From Gammaproteobacteria bacterium (lineage in GTDB: Bacteria; Pseudomonadota; Gammaproteobacteria; Steroidobacterales; Foliamicaceae), in the NCBI GenBank assembly GCA_965200225.1, contig CBDATM010000001.1:1681182-1745181 (forward strand): a stretch of 64,000 nt of DNA, given 5' to 3'. Below, in pieces: positions 16,902-25,825 of the stretch. Position 1 is the first letter of the stretch, and each line of letters starts with the position of its first letter. The notes under the pieces are model-generated. The model worked only from the letters and a program-made list of their open reading frames with translations. It was not told the DNA's origin and made no database searches. The position numbers were made by a program, and so were the translations under genes.

Positions 16902-17177
16902 CTAGCAGGAGCCGCAATGAATATAGCCGCCGGAGACGCTCTCGAGTTGTTCCTCGTCGAGGTCGGGCAGCGGCGGCAGGGCGAGATGGGCGTTTTGCAT
17001 GTCGCCCTCATGCACATGCACATTCATGCCTTCGGGCACGTCAACGCCGAATTCGCGGCTGATCACGGCCTTGGGGTCGGCCACCAACTCCGCGCGGAAT
17101 TCAACGCTCTCGATTGACTTCTCGACGATCTGCTTGTAGAGATTCTCCGTCGTGGTCATCATGCTTTCGATGCTCAT
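16902..17177 (-). CDS. NHLP-leader RiPP precursor B (core YIHCGSC)
   Basis: 91 aa. The leader is identical to precursor A up to LESVSG, followed by G-YIHCGSC-stop. Confidence 0.9.
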   Translation of the reverse strand: MSIESMMTTTENLYKQIVEKSIESVEFRAELVADPKAVISREFGVDVPEGMNVHVHEGDMQNAHLALPPLPDLDEEQLESVSGGYIHCGSC

Positions 17178-17464
17178 AATTTTTCTCCTTTATTCAGTAT
17201 GTCAAATAAACAAGGCTCGGATTAACAAGCGCATGTCGCTTGCCAACATGCCTCGCGCCAAACCTCTGCCGCCTATCATACTCCATTCCACTCCTCCCCC
17301 GATGCTTGGCAATATCAACAAGGATCGCGCGGCAACGTGCTGAACGCAGGCGAACGCAGCGGACACTATGCCGGGCATGTAATTAGGTGAGATAATCGGG
17401 TTGCGAGGAACCAAGGATTGGGGCCAGCAAGCGTCGCGCGCCAGACGGCGTGGAGGAGGAACCG

Positions 17465-19786
17465 ATGCAAAGACAGGTGTCAGAGGCGGGCTGGGGCGCA
17501 GGGCGGGGGATTCTGAAGCGGACCACCGCGGCCGACCGCGGGCTTGTGGAGACGCCGTCGCTGACCCCGCACCTTGATTTCTTTGCGGTTGAAGCAGGGC
17601 GGACGCTGCTGGTTTCCGAGAGCTTCAACACGTTGATCCGCGGGCAGGTCCACCAGGACCTGCTGCCGCTGCTCGACGGCCGCTCCCGGCAGGCCGTGGC
17701 GGCCGCGCTCGCCGGCCGCCACGCGGCCGCGGACGTGGCGTCGGCGCTGGCGTCGCTGGCGTCGCGCGGCTACGTTGTCTCGGGCGACTACGCCATGGAC
17801 CGGGGCCGGGCGGCGTTCTGGTCGGCGCTGGGCGCCTCGCCGCGCTGGGCGGAACAGCGCCTGCGGAATGCGCGGGTGGCCGCGCTCGGCGACGAAGGGC
17901 GCCTTGCCCGGCGCCTCGGGGACCTGGGGGCGCCGGCCGCCGCCGACGGCCGGACTTTGCGGGTCACGGTCTGCGGCGACTATCTGGACAGCTGTCACGC
18001 CGGCCTCAACCGGCGCCGGATCGCGTCCGGCGAGCCGTGGATGCTGCTGGCGCCGGAAGGCGGCCGTCCGCTGTTTGGGCCGGTTTTCCAGCCAGCCGGG
18101 CAAGGACCGTGCTGGGCCTGCCTCGCCCATCGCCTGCGGGGGCATCGCGAAGTTCACGAGTTCGCGCGCCGGATTGCCGGCAGCGGCTGTGTTCCGGCGC
18201 CGAAGGCGTCCGAGCCGGTCGTGGTGGAAGCGGTGTACGATCTGGCCGCCGCCGAGATCGCCAAGTGGCTGGTCTTCGACTCGCTGGCGCCGCTGCACGA
18301 GAACGTCATCTCGCTGGACGTGCTCGGCTTGCAAAGCGCGCGGCATTTTCTGGCGCGCCGCCCGCAGTGCCGCGTTTGCGGGGACGCGGCGCTGTATCGC
18401 CCCGACCGTCCGCCGGCGCCCGTGCGGCTGCGGCCAAGTCCCAAGCGCGCGCGCAGCAGCGGCGGCGCGCGCTCGGTTCCTCCTGAAGCGACCCTGGCGC
18501 GTTACCGGCATCTGATCAGCCCGGTAACCGGCGTGGTTTCCTGGCTTGAGCGGGCGACCGGCGAGACCGATCCGTGGTCGCATGTGTACTACGCCCGGGG
18601 CACCTTGGCGCCGCAGGGCGTCAGCGACCTGGGAATGCTGCGCCGCCTCCTGGGGATGATCAGCGCAGGCAAGGGCAGCACCGCGAGGCAATCCCGGGCG
18701 AGCGCCCTGGGCGAGGCGGTCGAGCGCTGCAGCGGAGTCTTTCATGGCGACGAAATCCGCTGCCGCCGCAGTTACTCGGACTTTGTGGCGGCGGGCGGGT
18801 CCGAAGCCATTCACCCCAACGAAGTGCAGTTGTTCAGCGATCGGCAGTTCGACGAACGCGAACGCCGCAACGCCGCCGCCCGGCAGCACAACCTGATTCC
18901 GGAGCGCCTCGACCCCGACGCGAAAATCGACTGGTCGCCGGTCTGGTCGCTGACGCAGGAGCGCCACCGGTACCTGCCAACGTCGCTCTTGTACTACTAC
19001 ACAGCGTCAGAGAGCGCGTCTCATTTTCAGGCCGATCCCAACGGTTGCGCGGCGGGCAACACCCTGGAAGAGGCGATTCTCCAGGGATTCTTCGAGCTGG
19101 CGGAACGCGACGCCTTCGCGATCTGGTGGTATAACCGGTTGCGCCTGCCCGGCGTGGACCTGGAGAGCTTCGCGGACGACTTCCTGTCGTCGGCAGCGGA
19201 ATACTACCGCGGCCGCCGGCGCAGCCTCTGGGCGCTGGACGCGACCAGCGACCTCGGCATTCCGGTGTTCGTCGCCCTCTCCCGGCGCGCTGATCGCAAA
19301 ACGGCCGGCCACGACGAGATCATGTACGGGATAGGGGCGCACGCCGAACCGCGCATCGCGATTCTGCGCGCCGTATGCGAACTGAATCAGATGATCTCCT
19401 TTTTCGACATCAGCGCCCCCAGGAGCGATGGCCGGTGGCGGCCCTGGGACCGGCCGGTCAAGCTGGCGGACAACCCGTGGCTGACGCCGGCTCCCGGCGT
19501 CGCCCTGCGCGGCCGCTGGGATCACGCCGTTGCCGCCGAAGATGACGCGCGGGAAGACATTGAGCGCTGCCGGGCGCTGGTCGAAGCCAAGGGGCTGGAG
19601 TTGCTGGTCCTCGACCAGACCCGGCCCGACATCGGCATGCCGGTGGCGCGGGTCATTGTGCCCGGCCTCCGTCACTTCTGGCGGCGGTTAGCGCCGGGCC
19701 GCCTGTACGATGTGCCGGTCAGGACGGGGCAGCGCCCCGCCCCGAGCTCGGAGGGCGATCTCAACCCCCTTCCGGTCCTGGTCTGA
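17465..19786 (+). CDS. Fused TOMM cyclodehydratase, copy 2
   Basis: Offset by exactly 4,668 bp from copy 1. The protein is identical except RRRLGMT>RRLLGMI and the patch FGAPASAFQFRADS>YTASESASHFQADP. Confidence 0.9.
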   Translation: MQRQVSEAGWGAGRGILKRTTAADRGLVETPSLTPHLDFFAVEAGRTLLVSESFNTLIRGQVHQDLLPLLDGRSRQAVAAALAGRHAAADVASALASLASRGYVVSGDYAMDRGRAAFWSALGASPRWAEQRLRNARVAALGDEGRLARRLGDLGAPAAADGRTLRVTVCGDYLDSCHAGLNRRRIASGEPWMLLAPEGGRPLFGPVFQPAGQGPCWACLAHRLRGHREVHEFARRIAGSGCVPAPKASEPVVVEAVYDLAAAEIAKWLVFDSLAPLHENVISLDVLGLQSARHFLARRPQCRVCGDAALYRPDRPPAPVRLRPSPKRARSSGGARSVPPEATLARYRHLISPVTGVVSWLERATGETDPWSHVYYARGTLAPQGVSDLGMLRRLLGMISAGKGSTARQSRASALGEAVERCSGVFHGDEIRCRRSYSDFVAAGGSEAIHPNEVQLFSDRQFDERERRNAAARQHNLIPERLDPDAKIDWSPVWSLTQERHRYLPTSLLYYYTASESASHFQADPNGCAAGNTLEEAILQGFFELAERDAFAIWWYNRLRLPGVDLESFADDFLSSAAEYYRGRRRSLWALDATSDLGIPVFVALSRRADRKTAGHDEIMYGIGAHAEPRIAILRAVCELNQMISFFDISAPRSDGRWRPWDRPVKLADNPWLTPAPGVALRGRWDHAVAAEDDAREDIERCRALVEAKGLELLVLDQTRPDIGMPVARVIVPGLRHFWRRLAPGRLYDVPVRTGQRPAPSSEGDLNPLPVLV

Positions 19787-19800
19787 AGGACGTTCTGCCG

Positions 19801-21183
19801 ATGCCCCTCAGCGACCTGCTTCACGAGCCGTCAATCCATGTTCGCACATGGGGCCGATCGGCGATCAGCCATTCTCGCTACAGCTCCTCGTTCGTAGGCT
19901 CGATCCGGAATAACCCGGTGCGGCTGGGTCCGTACGGCCGCGATTTCGAGGCGGCCCACAACCTGCTTGTGGCGGGCGCACCGCTTGCCGAACTCCACGC
20001 TGCCGTCGTCGAGGGGGGCAGCGTGGAGCGCGCCGCCGAGTACCTGGTTTGGCTGGAGCGGTTCAATCGGTTCGGGGGCATTGAGTTCCCGCTGGTCGAC
20101 GAGACGGGCGAACGCGCCGTCATCCTCCCGCAGCAGGACACGTTCGTGCCTACCATGGCGCCGGACGCTCCGGCCGCCAGTACCTCGCTCGAACGCTTTG
20201 CCTTTTTGCGGCGCGGGAACGACGCGTGGCTGCTGGAGTCGCCCCTGGTTGGCGCGCAAGTTCAGCTTGTCGACCTCGCCGCGCTTGATAGCGATGTCGT
20301 CCGTCGCGCGCTTAACGGGATGGGCTTTCTCGATGCGGCCCGGCCGGACAGCGATGCGCGTCGTATTGCGCTCGCCCAGTGGGAGTTCCACGATCTGCTG
20401 TTCCACACCCGTGAGCGGCGCGGGTGGAATCGTGAACCGGCTGGCGCCGCGTTCCCGTTCATCGACCAGATCGAGCCGCTGCCTGCAGTGCGGCCGGCCT
20501 GGCCCGGCAAGCGCATCGCCCTGCCTCGCGCTCCGGATGCCGTCGCGGGGGAGCCCTTCGCGGCGGTGCTCGCACGGCGTTGCTCCGAGCGGGCGTACGA
20601 TGCAGCCCACCCGATCACGCTGGCCGATCTCGGCGCGCTGCTCGACCGCGCCGCGCGCATCCGCTCGTCCATGGCGCATCCGGTACGCGACATCAAGGGT
20701 CGAACCGCCGAATTCGAAATCACTTTTCGTCCCTATCCTACGGGCGGCGCGAGCCACGAGCTGGATATCTATCCGATTGTGGACTTTTGCGTCGGACTCA
20801 AATCCGGTTGCTATCACTACGATGCGTCCGCCCACGAGTTGGTGCGGATCTCGGAGCGTACCCGGGAGATCGACAAACTTCTGCGGTTTGCGCGGAGCGC
20901 AACGGCTGATCTGGCCCGGCCGCAGATTCTGCTGGGCGTAACGGCGCGCTTCGCTCGCGTCATGTGGAAGTACCGGGCGTTCTGTTACGCCATGATCCTG
21001 CGCGACACCGGGGCACTCTACCAGACGCTGTATCTCGCAGCCACCGAACTCGGCTTGTCGCCTTGCGCCATCGGCAGCGGCAACAGCCTCCTGTTCTCGC
21101 AATTCACCGGTCTCGACCCGCTGATCGAGGGCAATGTCGGCGAGTTCATTCTCGGCGGCCGACCTGCAGCGTCCGCATCCTGA
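19801..21183 (+). CDS. SagB-type dehydrogenase, copy 2
   Basis: Offset by 4,668 bp from copy 1. There are two substitutions (ELEIYP>ELDIYP, SQVTGL>SQFTGL). Confidence 0.9.
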   Translation: MPLSDLLHEPSIHVRTWGRSAISHSRYSSSFVGSIRNNPVRLGPYGRDFEAAHNLLVAGAPLAELHAAVVEGGSVERAAEYLVWLERFNRFGGIEFPLVDETGERAVILPQQDTFVPTMAPDAPAASTSLERFAFLRRGNDAWLLESPLVGAQVQLVDLAALDSDVVRRALNGMGFLDAARPDSDARRIALAQWEFHDLLFHTRERRGWNREPAGAAFPFIDQIEPLPAVRPAWPGKRIALPRAPDAVAGEPFAAVLARRCSERAYDAAHPITLADLGALLDRAARIRSSMAHPVRDIKGRTAEFEITFRPYPTGGASHELDIYPIVDFCVGLKSGCYHYDASAHELVRISERTREIDKLLRFARSATADLARPQILLGVTARFARVMWKYRAFCYAMILRDTGALYQTLYLAATELGLSPCAIGSGNSLLFSQFTGLDPLIEGNVGEFILGGRPAASAS

Positions 21184-21272
21184 CACGCGGAACTGCCCGC
21201 AGAGCCGCAAGGATTCCAGGTTGCGGGCATTTCTACCTTGCGTTGACACTTCCCCCCGCAACCCGTACAAAA

Positions 21273-21309
21273 ATCCGGCGGCCAACGCAAACGCTGCGGG
21301 CCGCCGGAT
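21273..21309. terminator. Bidirectional hairpin between sagB-2 and the convergent TonB receptor
   Basis: Same 11-bp stem as 16605-16641. On the minus strand the hairpin is followed by TTTTTGT. Confidence 0.65.
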
Positions 21310-21334
21310 TGATTTGGGAGTTGAAATAGGCGGA

Positions 21335-23899
21335 TTAGAACGCCGGCCGCCAAGTTGCCCGGAAGTAGTAGAAGCCGCCATTAAACCCGAACGGCGATTG
21401 CTCCGGGTAGATCAGACCGGCTACTTCGCCGTTGGGGTTGGTGCTGGGGTACTCGTCAAAGGCGTTTTGCAGGCCCACCAGAAGCGAGAGGGATTCGTTC
21501 ACTTCGTAAGACACCTCCAGATCGACCAGAACGCTCGGATCCGGCTCGAACGCTACCGAACCGTCGTTGGTGGGAGCATCGTAGTAGGCCCCGTAATACC
21601 GCGCACGCGCCATGAAGCGCCACGGCCCCATCAAGTGCGTCCAGGTTCCCGTCAGGCGGAAATCCGGGCGCCCTTCTTCGATTTGCCGCCGACGGTTTTC
21701 CGACGTGAAGTCGGGGTTGTACTTGGTGAGATCAATATTCGACCAGTTACCCACCACGGTGATGTTGGAAGAACCGCTACCCAGGTCAAACGGCCAGCTG
21801 GCGACCAGATCGATGCCGGAGGCCTCCACGGTCTGCAGATTCGAGAAGAATCGCACCGAGGTAAAGCTGCTTGCGTCGGACACGCCGGCAGCCAGCAATG
21901 TCTGAATGTCGGATTCGGTAAGAGTGAAGCGACTGGTGAAGGAGATCCGGTCCTCAATCTCGATGTTGTAATAGTCCAGCGTTACGTTCAGGTCACCGGT
22001 AGTAAACACTAGGCCCAGGGTTACGTTCACCGACTCCTCGGGGGTTAGGGGCTGGGCACCCTTCTGCTGCGCCACCGGATTGGTGGGCGGCAAGGTGGCG
22101 ATGTCGGCCAAGGCCCCCATGTTGAACTCCGTGGTTACATTGCGCAGGTTCGCCTGCCCCGAAGTGGGAACCCGAAAGCCGGTGCTCACTGCGCCGCGTA
22201 CCGCTACCGCGTCGGAAATCTGGAAGCGCGCCGCCAGCTTTCCATCCAGGGTGTCGCCGAACTCCGAATAATTCTCGAATCGCACGGCGGCGCCCAGCAG
22301 CAACTGCTCGCTTACGTTCGACTCAAGGTCAACATAGGCGGCGTAAGCGCTGATCGTGCTCTCGCCGGCATCGCCCGGCTGGAATCCGGGAAATCCGTTG
22401 GAGCCAACGCCAAAGCCCTGCGAGGCCAGACCGTATTCGAGGTTGGGATCGATATAGAAAGAGTTGGGATCGCCGTTTTCGATCTTGAAGGTTTCATCAC
22501 GAGCTTCCAGTCCCATGGCCACATTCACCGGTTCCGACATGCCGATATCCAGCGGTTTGGACAGATCAATGTTGACCACCCGGTCGATTTCCGTATAGGC
22601 GCCGGCGTTGTAGTAGACGGGAATGTCATTGCGCAGCGCCAGCAATTGCGGGTTGATCGTGTTGTAGATGTAGAACTGGGCATAGCTGCGCCCGGCTGTC
22701 ACGCTGAGGTCATAGAACCAACCGTTGTCCATTTCGCCGCGCAGCCCGCCCGCCGCTGCCAGATCATGAATATAGCCGCCGAACTGAGGAGTGAATCCGC
22801 CGGGGAATTTTTCGATCAGCGAATAGCAGTTCGGGTCGGTGCGAATGGCAGCCAGAGCGGCGGCATCCGGCACGTTGTTCACGATCCGCACCACCGGGCA
22901 GTTGCCGGTTCCGTCGCCGGAGAGATCCGCCACCTTGACCGTGGACGTTCCGTCGGGCAACACCGGCCCCTTGAACACGCCGCCTCGAGTGTGCGGATTC
23001 CGAAAGTAGAAGCCGCCTTCCACCTGGCGCTTGGACCAGTTTCCGAAAGCGTAGAACTCCTGACTGTTGCTCATATCCGCTCCGAGATTGGCCATGAACT
23101 TGAAATCGTCGGAAATTTCCGGAGCGCCCCAGATCTGCGCCGGAACGCGCACATGGGTATTGCCTGCGTCAATCAGCGCTTGAGCATCTGCGCGCTGCGC
23201 GCTGCGGCTGGTGGGGTCGGACTCCTTCCATTCGAAGCTCAGGTTGGCGAAGCCGCGATCGGTAAGCGGCAGGCCCAGGTTGCCGGCCAGTGTCAATGCG
23301 TCTCCGTCTCCCTCGAAGTGCGTGCCCCACTTGGCGTCCAGGACTGCGCCTTCGGCATCCTCCTTCAATACGAAATTCATGATGCCGGCAATGGCGTCGG
23401 AGCCGTATTGCGCCGATGCGCCGTCGCGCAGCACCTCAAGCCGGTCCAGGGCGATGGCGGGAATGGCGGACAGGTCAGGGCCTTGCGAACCGCCGGATAT
23501 GCCTGCGCCCAGCAGCGCGATAACCGCCGCACGGTGCCGCCGCTTTCCATTCACCAGCACCAGCGTGGCGTCCGGCGGGAGCGAGCGAAGAGTGGCCGGA
23601 CGCACCAGCGTGGCCGCGTCGCTGATCGGTTCCTGGCTGACGCCATAGGAAGGAACCAGCGCGGAAATCAGGTTGTCCATGTCGGAATCGCCATGGGCGA
23701 GGAACTCGTCCCCGCCGATCACGTCCACCGGCACCGGCGAGTCGGCCGCCGAGCGGTCGCGGCGCCTGGAGCCTACAACCACGATTTCTTCCAGGGCTTC
23801 GGCGGATTGCTGGCTCTGGGAAAGCGCAGGCGCGGCTGGGATTGTTGCGAGAACAAGAACAATCGGCAGGGTGGCTAATCTATTTATATTGAAAAACAT
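21335..23899 (-). CDS. TonB-dependent outer-membrane receptor
   Basis: 854 aa with a signal peptide (MFFNINRLATLPIVLVLATIPAAPALS). The plug domain shows EEIVVVGSRRR...DSPVPVDVI...LEVLRDGASAQYGSDAIAGIMNFVLK. The C-terminus is YFRATWRPAF, ending in a terminal Phe. Confidence 0.9.
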   Translation of the reverse strand: MFFNINRLATLPIVLVLATIPAAPALSQSQQSAEALEEIVVVGSRRRDRSAADSPVPVDVIGGDEFLAHGDSDMDNLISALVPSYGVSQEPISDAATLVRPATLRSLPPDATLVLVNGKRRHRAAVIALLGAGISGGSQGPDLSAIPAIALDRLEVLRDGASAQYGSDAIAGIMNFVLKEDAEGAVLDAKWGTHFEGDGDALTLAGNLGLPLTDRGFANLSFEWKESDPTSRSAQRADAQALIDAGNTHVRVPAQIWGAPEISDDFKFMANLGADMSNSQEFYAFGNWSKRQVEGGFYFRNPHTRGGVFKGPVLPDGTSTVKVADLSGDGTGNCPVVRIVNNVPDAAALAAIRTDPNCYSLIEKFPGGFTPQFGGYIHDLAAAGGLRGEMDNGWFYDLSVTAGRSYAQFYIYNTINPQLLALRNDIPVYYNAGAYTEIDRVVNIDLSKPLDIGMSEPVNVAMGLEARDETFKIENGDPNSFYIDPNLEYGLASQGFGVGSNGFPGFQPGDAGESTISAYAAYVDLESNVSEQLLLGAAVRFENYSEFGDTLDGKLAARFQISDAVAVRGAVSTGFRVPTSGQANLRNVTTEFNMGALADIATLPPTNPVAQQKGAQPLTPEESVNVTLGLVFTTGDLNVTLDYYNIEIEDRISFTSRFTLTESDIQTLLAAGVSDASSFTSVRFFSNLQTVEASGIDLVASWPFDLGSGSSNITVVGNWSNIDLTKYNPDFTSENRRRQIEEGRPDFRLTGTWTHLMGPWRFMARARYYGAYYDAPTNDGSVAFEPDPSVLVDLEVSYEVNESLSLLVGLQNAFDEYPSTNPNGEVAGLIYPEQSPFGFNGGFYYFRATWRPAF

Positions 23900-23966
23900 G
23901 AGTCGTTCTCCGATTTCGAAGTAATGGGAATAAAGCCAACTTCCATGAAAGGCACATAGATAAGGG

Positions 23967-23996
23967 AAAAAAATTATAGCCGCAAATATATGCGGC
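23967..23996 (-). terminator. Rho-independent terminator of the CDF gene
   Basis: The minus-strand reading is GCCGCA-TATATT-TGCGGC followed by TATAATTTTTTT. The stem is at 23979-23984 / 23991-23996 and the A-run on the plus strand at 23967-23973. Confidence 0.7.
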
Positions 23997-24014
23997 TTGG
24001 GCTGTCAGAGTCTG

Positions 24015-25022
24015 TCAGCCCGCGCTGGGGCTGCTGAAGTGGTGATTTTCGGTGCAGCCGTTGTGCGAGTGTTCCAACTGAATGGTGATGTGATGGATGT
24101 TGAAATCGCGGCAAACGATTTCCCGCAGTTGCGCCAGCAGCGAATCGAACGGGCTGCCGTAACCCGGCTCCACCGACACATGCGCAGTCAATGCGTCGTT
24201 GCCGGGTGAAAGGGTCCACACATGAATGTCATGCACCCGCCCCACGCCGTCCACCGCTTCCATTCGCCTGCCCAGATCGTGGACATCCACATGGTCCGGC
24301 ACGCCTTCCAGCAGCACGTGAATCACCTTGGTCAGCAGCCGACAGGTGCTCGCCAGGATCAGGCCGCCCACCAGTATGCTCACGATGGGATCGGCCAGAT
24401 TCCATCCGAACCCCCACACCAGGGCGCCGGAAACGATCACGCTTGCCGACCCTGCCAGGTCGGCGAGGATGTGCATGAAGGCGGCCTGCACGTTCACATT
24501 GTGCTTCGCCGAACCGTGCAGGATCCGGGCGGCCGCCAGATTCACCAGCAGGCCGATCAGGCCGATGGCCAGCACGGTCAGCCCCTGCACCTCGGTGGGG
24601 TTGGAAAAGCGCTCGATCGCTTCGCGAATCACCCCGCCGGCGATCAGCCACAGAAACAGCACGTTCAGCAGCGCCGCAAGGATTTCGAGGCGGTAATAAC
24701 CGTAGGTCCGCCGCGCCGTGTGGGCCTTGCGTGAAAGAACCATGGCGCCCAGCGCCAGCCCGATGGCCGCGCCATCGGCCAGCATATGCCCCGCGTCGGC
24801 CAGCAGCGCCAGACTGCCGGAGAGGATGCCGCCCGCCACCTCGACCAGCATGAAGCCCAAGATCAAGACCAGGGCGATTGTCAGGCTCTTGCGGCTGGCG
24901 GAGTGCAGTGCTTCCGAATGGTCGTGCGCGTGATGCTCGTGGTGCTCGCGATGCTGGTGATGTTCGCGATGCTGCTGGTGCTCGCGATGCTCGTGGTGCG
25001 CGTTTCGAACTGTGCGGGACAC
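24015..25022 (-). CDS. Cation diffusion facilitator (CzcD/ZitB-like Zn/Co/Cd efflux protein) with His-rich N-terminus
   Basis: This is the C-terminal 335 codons of the composite ORF 24015..25742. GTG 25022 is preceded by GGAAGG. The N-terminus is VSRTVRNAHHEHREHQQHREHHQHREHHEHHAHDH. CDF motifs present: SGSLALLADAGHMLADG, FMHILADLAGS and VHDIHVWTLSPG. Confidence 0.8.
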   Translation of the reverse strand: MSRTVRNAHHEHREHQQHREHHQHREHHEHHAHDHSEALHSASRKSLTIALVLILGFMLVEVAGGILSGSLALLADAGHMLADGAAIGLALGAMVLSRKAHTARRTYGYYRLEILAALLNVLFLWLIAGGVIREAIERFSNPTEVQGLTVLAIGLIGLLVNLAAARILHGSAKHNVNVQAAFMHILADLAGSASVIVSGALVWGFGWNLADPIVSILVGGLILASTCRLLTKVIHVLLEGVPDHVDVHDLGRRMEAVDGVGRVHDIHVWTLSPGNDALTAHVSVEPGYGSPFDSLLAQLREIVCRDFNIHHITIQLEHSHNGCTENHHFSSPSAG

Positions 25023-25027
25023 AGGCG

Positions 25028-25825
25028 TCAACCCTTCCTGCCTCGCAAGGCCGATCCCGCGTAGGAGAGGGCGAACAGCAGCGCTGCCAGCGTCACGATG
25101 GTCGGGCCGGTGGGAGTGTCCCAGTACCAGGATGCCGTCAGACCGGCAACCACCGAGACCGTTCCCAGCAGCGCCGCGCTTACCGCCATGGTCTCCGGCG
25201 TGCGCGAGAACGGGCGCGCCGCTGCCGCGGGAATAATCAGCATGGCGGTAATCAGCAGGGCGCCGATCACCTTGATGGACACCGCCACCACGATCGCCAG
25301 CGCCGCCATCAGGATCAGTTGTTCCCGTTTCGGGGAAATGCCCGAGCCGTGAGCCAGCGCAGCGCTGAGTGTTGTCGTAAGCAGCGCTTCCCAGCGCCAC
25401 GCCAGCAGACCCAGCACCAGCGCCGCGCCTCCCCAGATCACGGCGAGATCGCCGCGGGTAACGGCCAGCAACTCGCCGAACAGCCAGGCTTCCACATTGA
25501 CCGCCCGCGGCGCTGCCAGCGATACCGCCACCAGGCCGATAGCCAGGCCGGCATGGGACGCCACGCCGAGCAGGGTGTCCATGGCGAAGCCGCGTCCCGC
25601 GAGCGAAGATACGCCCACCGCCACTGCCGCGGCCACTACCAGCACCCCCAGCATGAGGGATACCTGGAAAACCAGCGCCAGAGCGATACCCAGAATTGCC
25701 GCGTGGGCAGTTGCATCGCCGAAGTAAGCAATGCGGCGCCACACCACGAAACAGCCGAGCGGGCCGGCGGCGAGCGCCACGCCGATGCCGGCAAGACAGG
25801 CCCGAACCAGAAAGTCGTCGAGCAT
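25028..25825 (-). CDS. znuB: Zinc ABC transporter permease
   Basis: The start is at the internal Met (MLDDFLVRACLAGIGVALAAGPLGCFVVWRRIAYFGDATAHAAILG). Its ATG overlaps the znuC stop (TAATG). Confidence 0.85.
   Translation of the reverse strand: MLDDFLVRACLAGIGVALAAGPLGCFVVWRRIAYFGDATAHAAILGIALALVFQVSLMLGVLVVAAAVAVGVSSLAGRGFAMDTLLGVASHAGLAIGLVAVSLAAPRAVNVEAWLFGELLAVTRGDLAVIWGGAALVLGLLAWRWEALLTTTLSAALAHGSGISPKREQLILMAALAIVVAVSIKVIGALLITAMLIIPAAAARPFSRTPETMAVSAALLGTVSVVAGLTASWYWDTPTGPTIVTLAALLFALSYAGSALRGRKG

Larger units (their letters stand above)
12263..21381. repeat. Tandem duplication of the precursor-cyclodehydratase-dehydrogenase cassette (two units, period 4,668 bp)
   Basis: 12263-16713 matches 16931-21381. 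The ORF translations are identical in all frames apart from the few differences listed in the findings. A 217-bp junction (16714-16930) separates the units. Confidence 0.95.

Noticed and set aside
24015-25742. A 575-aa ORF that would fuse the CDF transporter to a long N-terminal extension.
   Set aside because: The N-terminal ~240 codons are an out-of-frame read through the znuB gene (Gly/Arg/Ala-rich, no motifs). The CDF family sequence starts at GTG 25022, just after the znuB stop.
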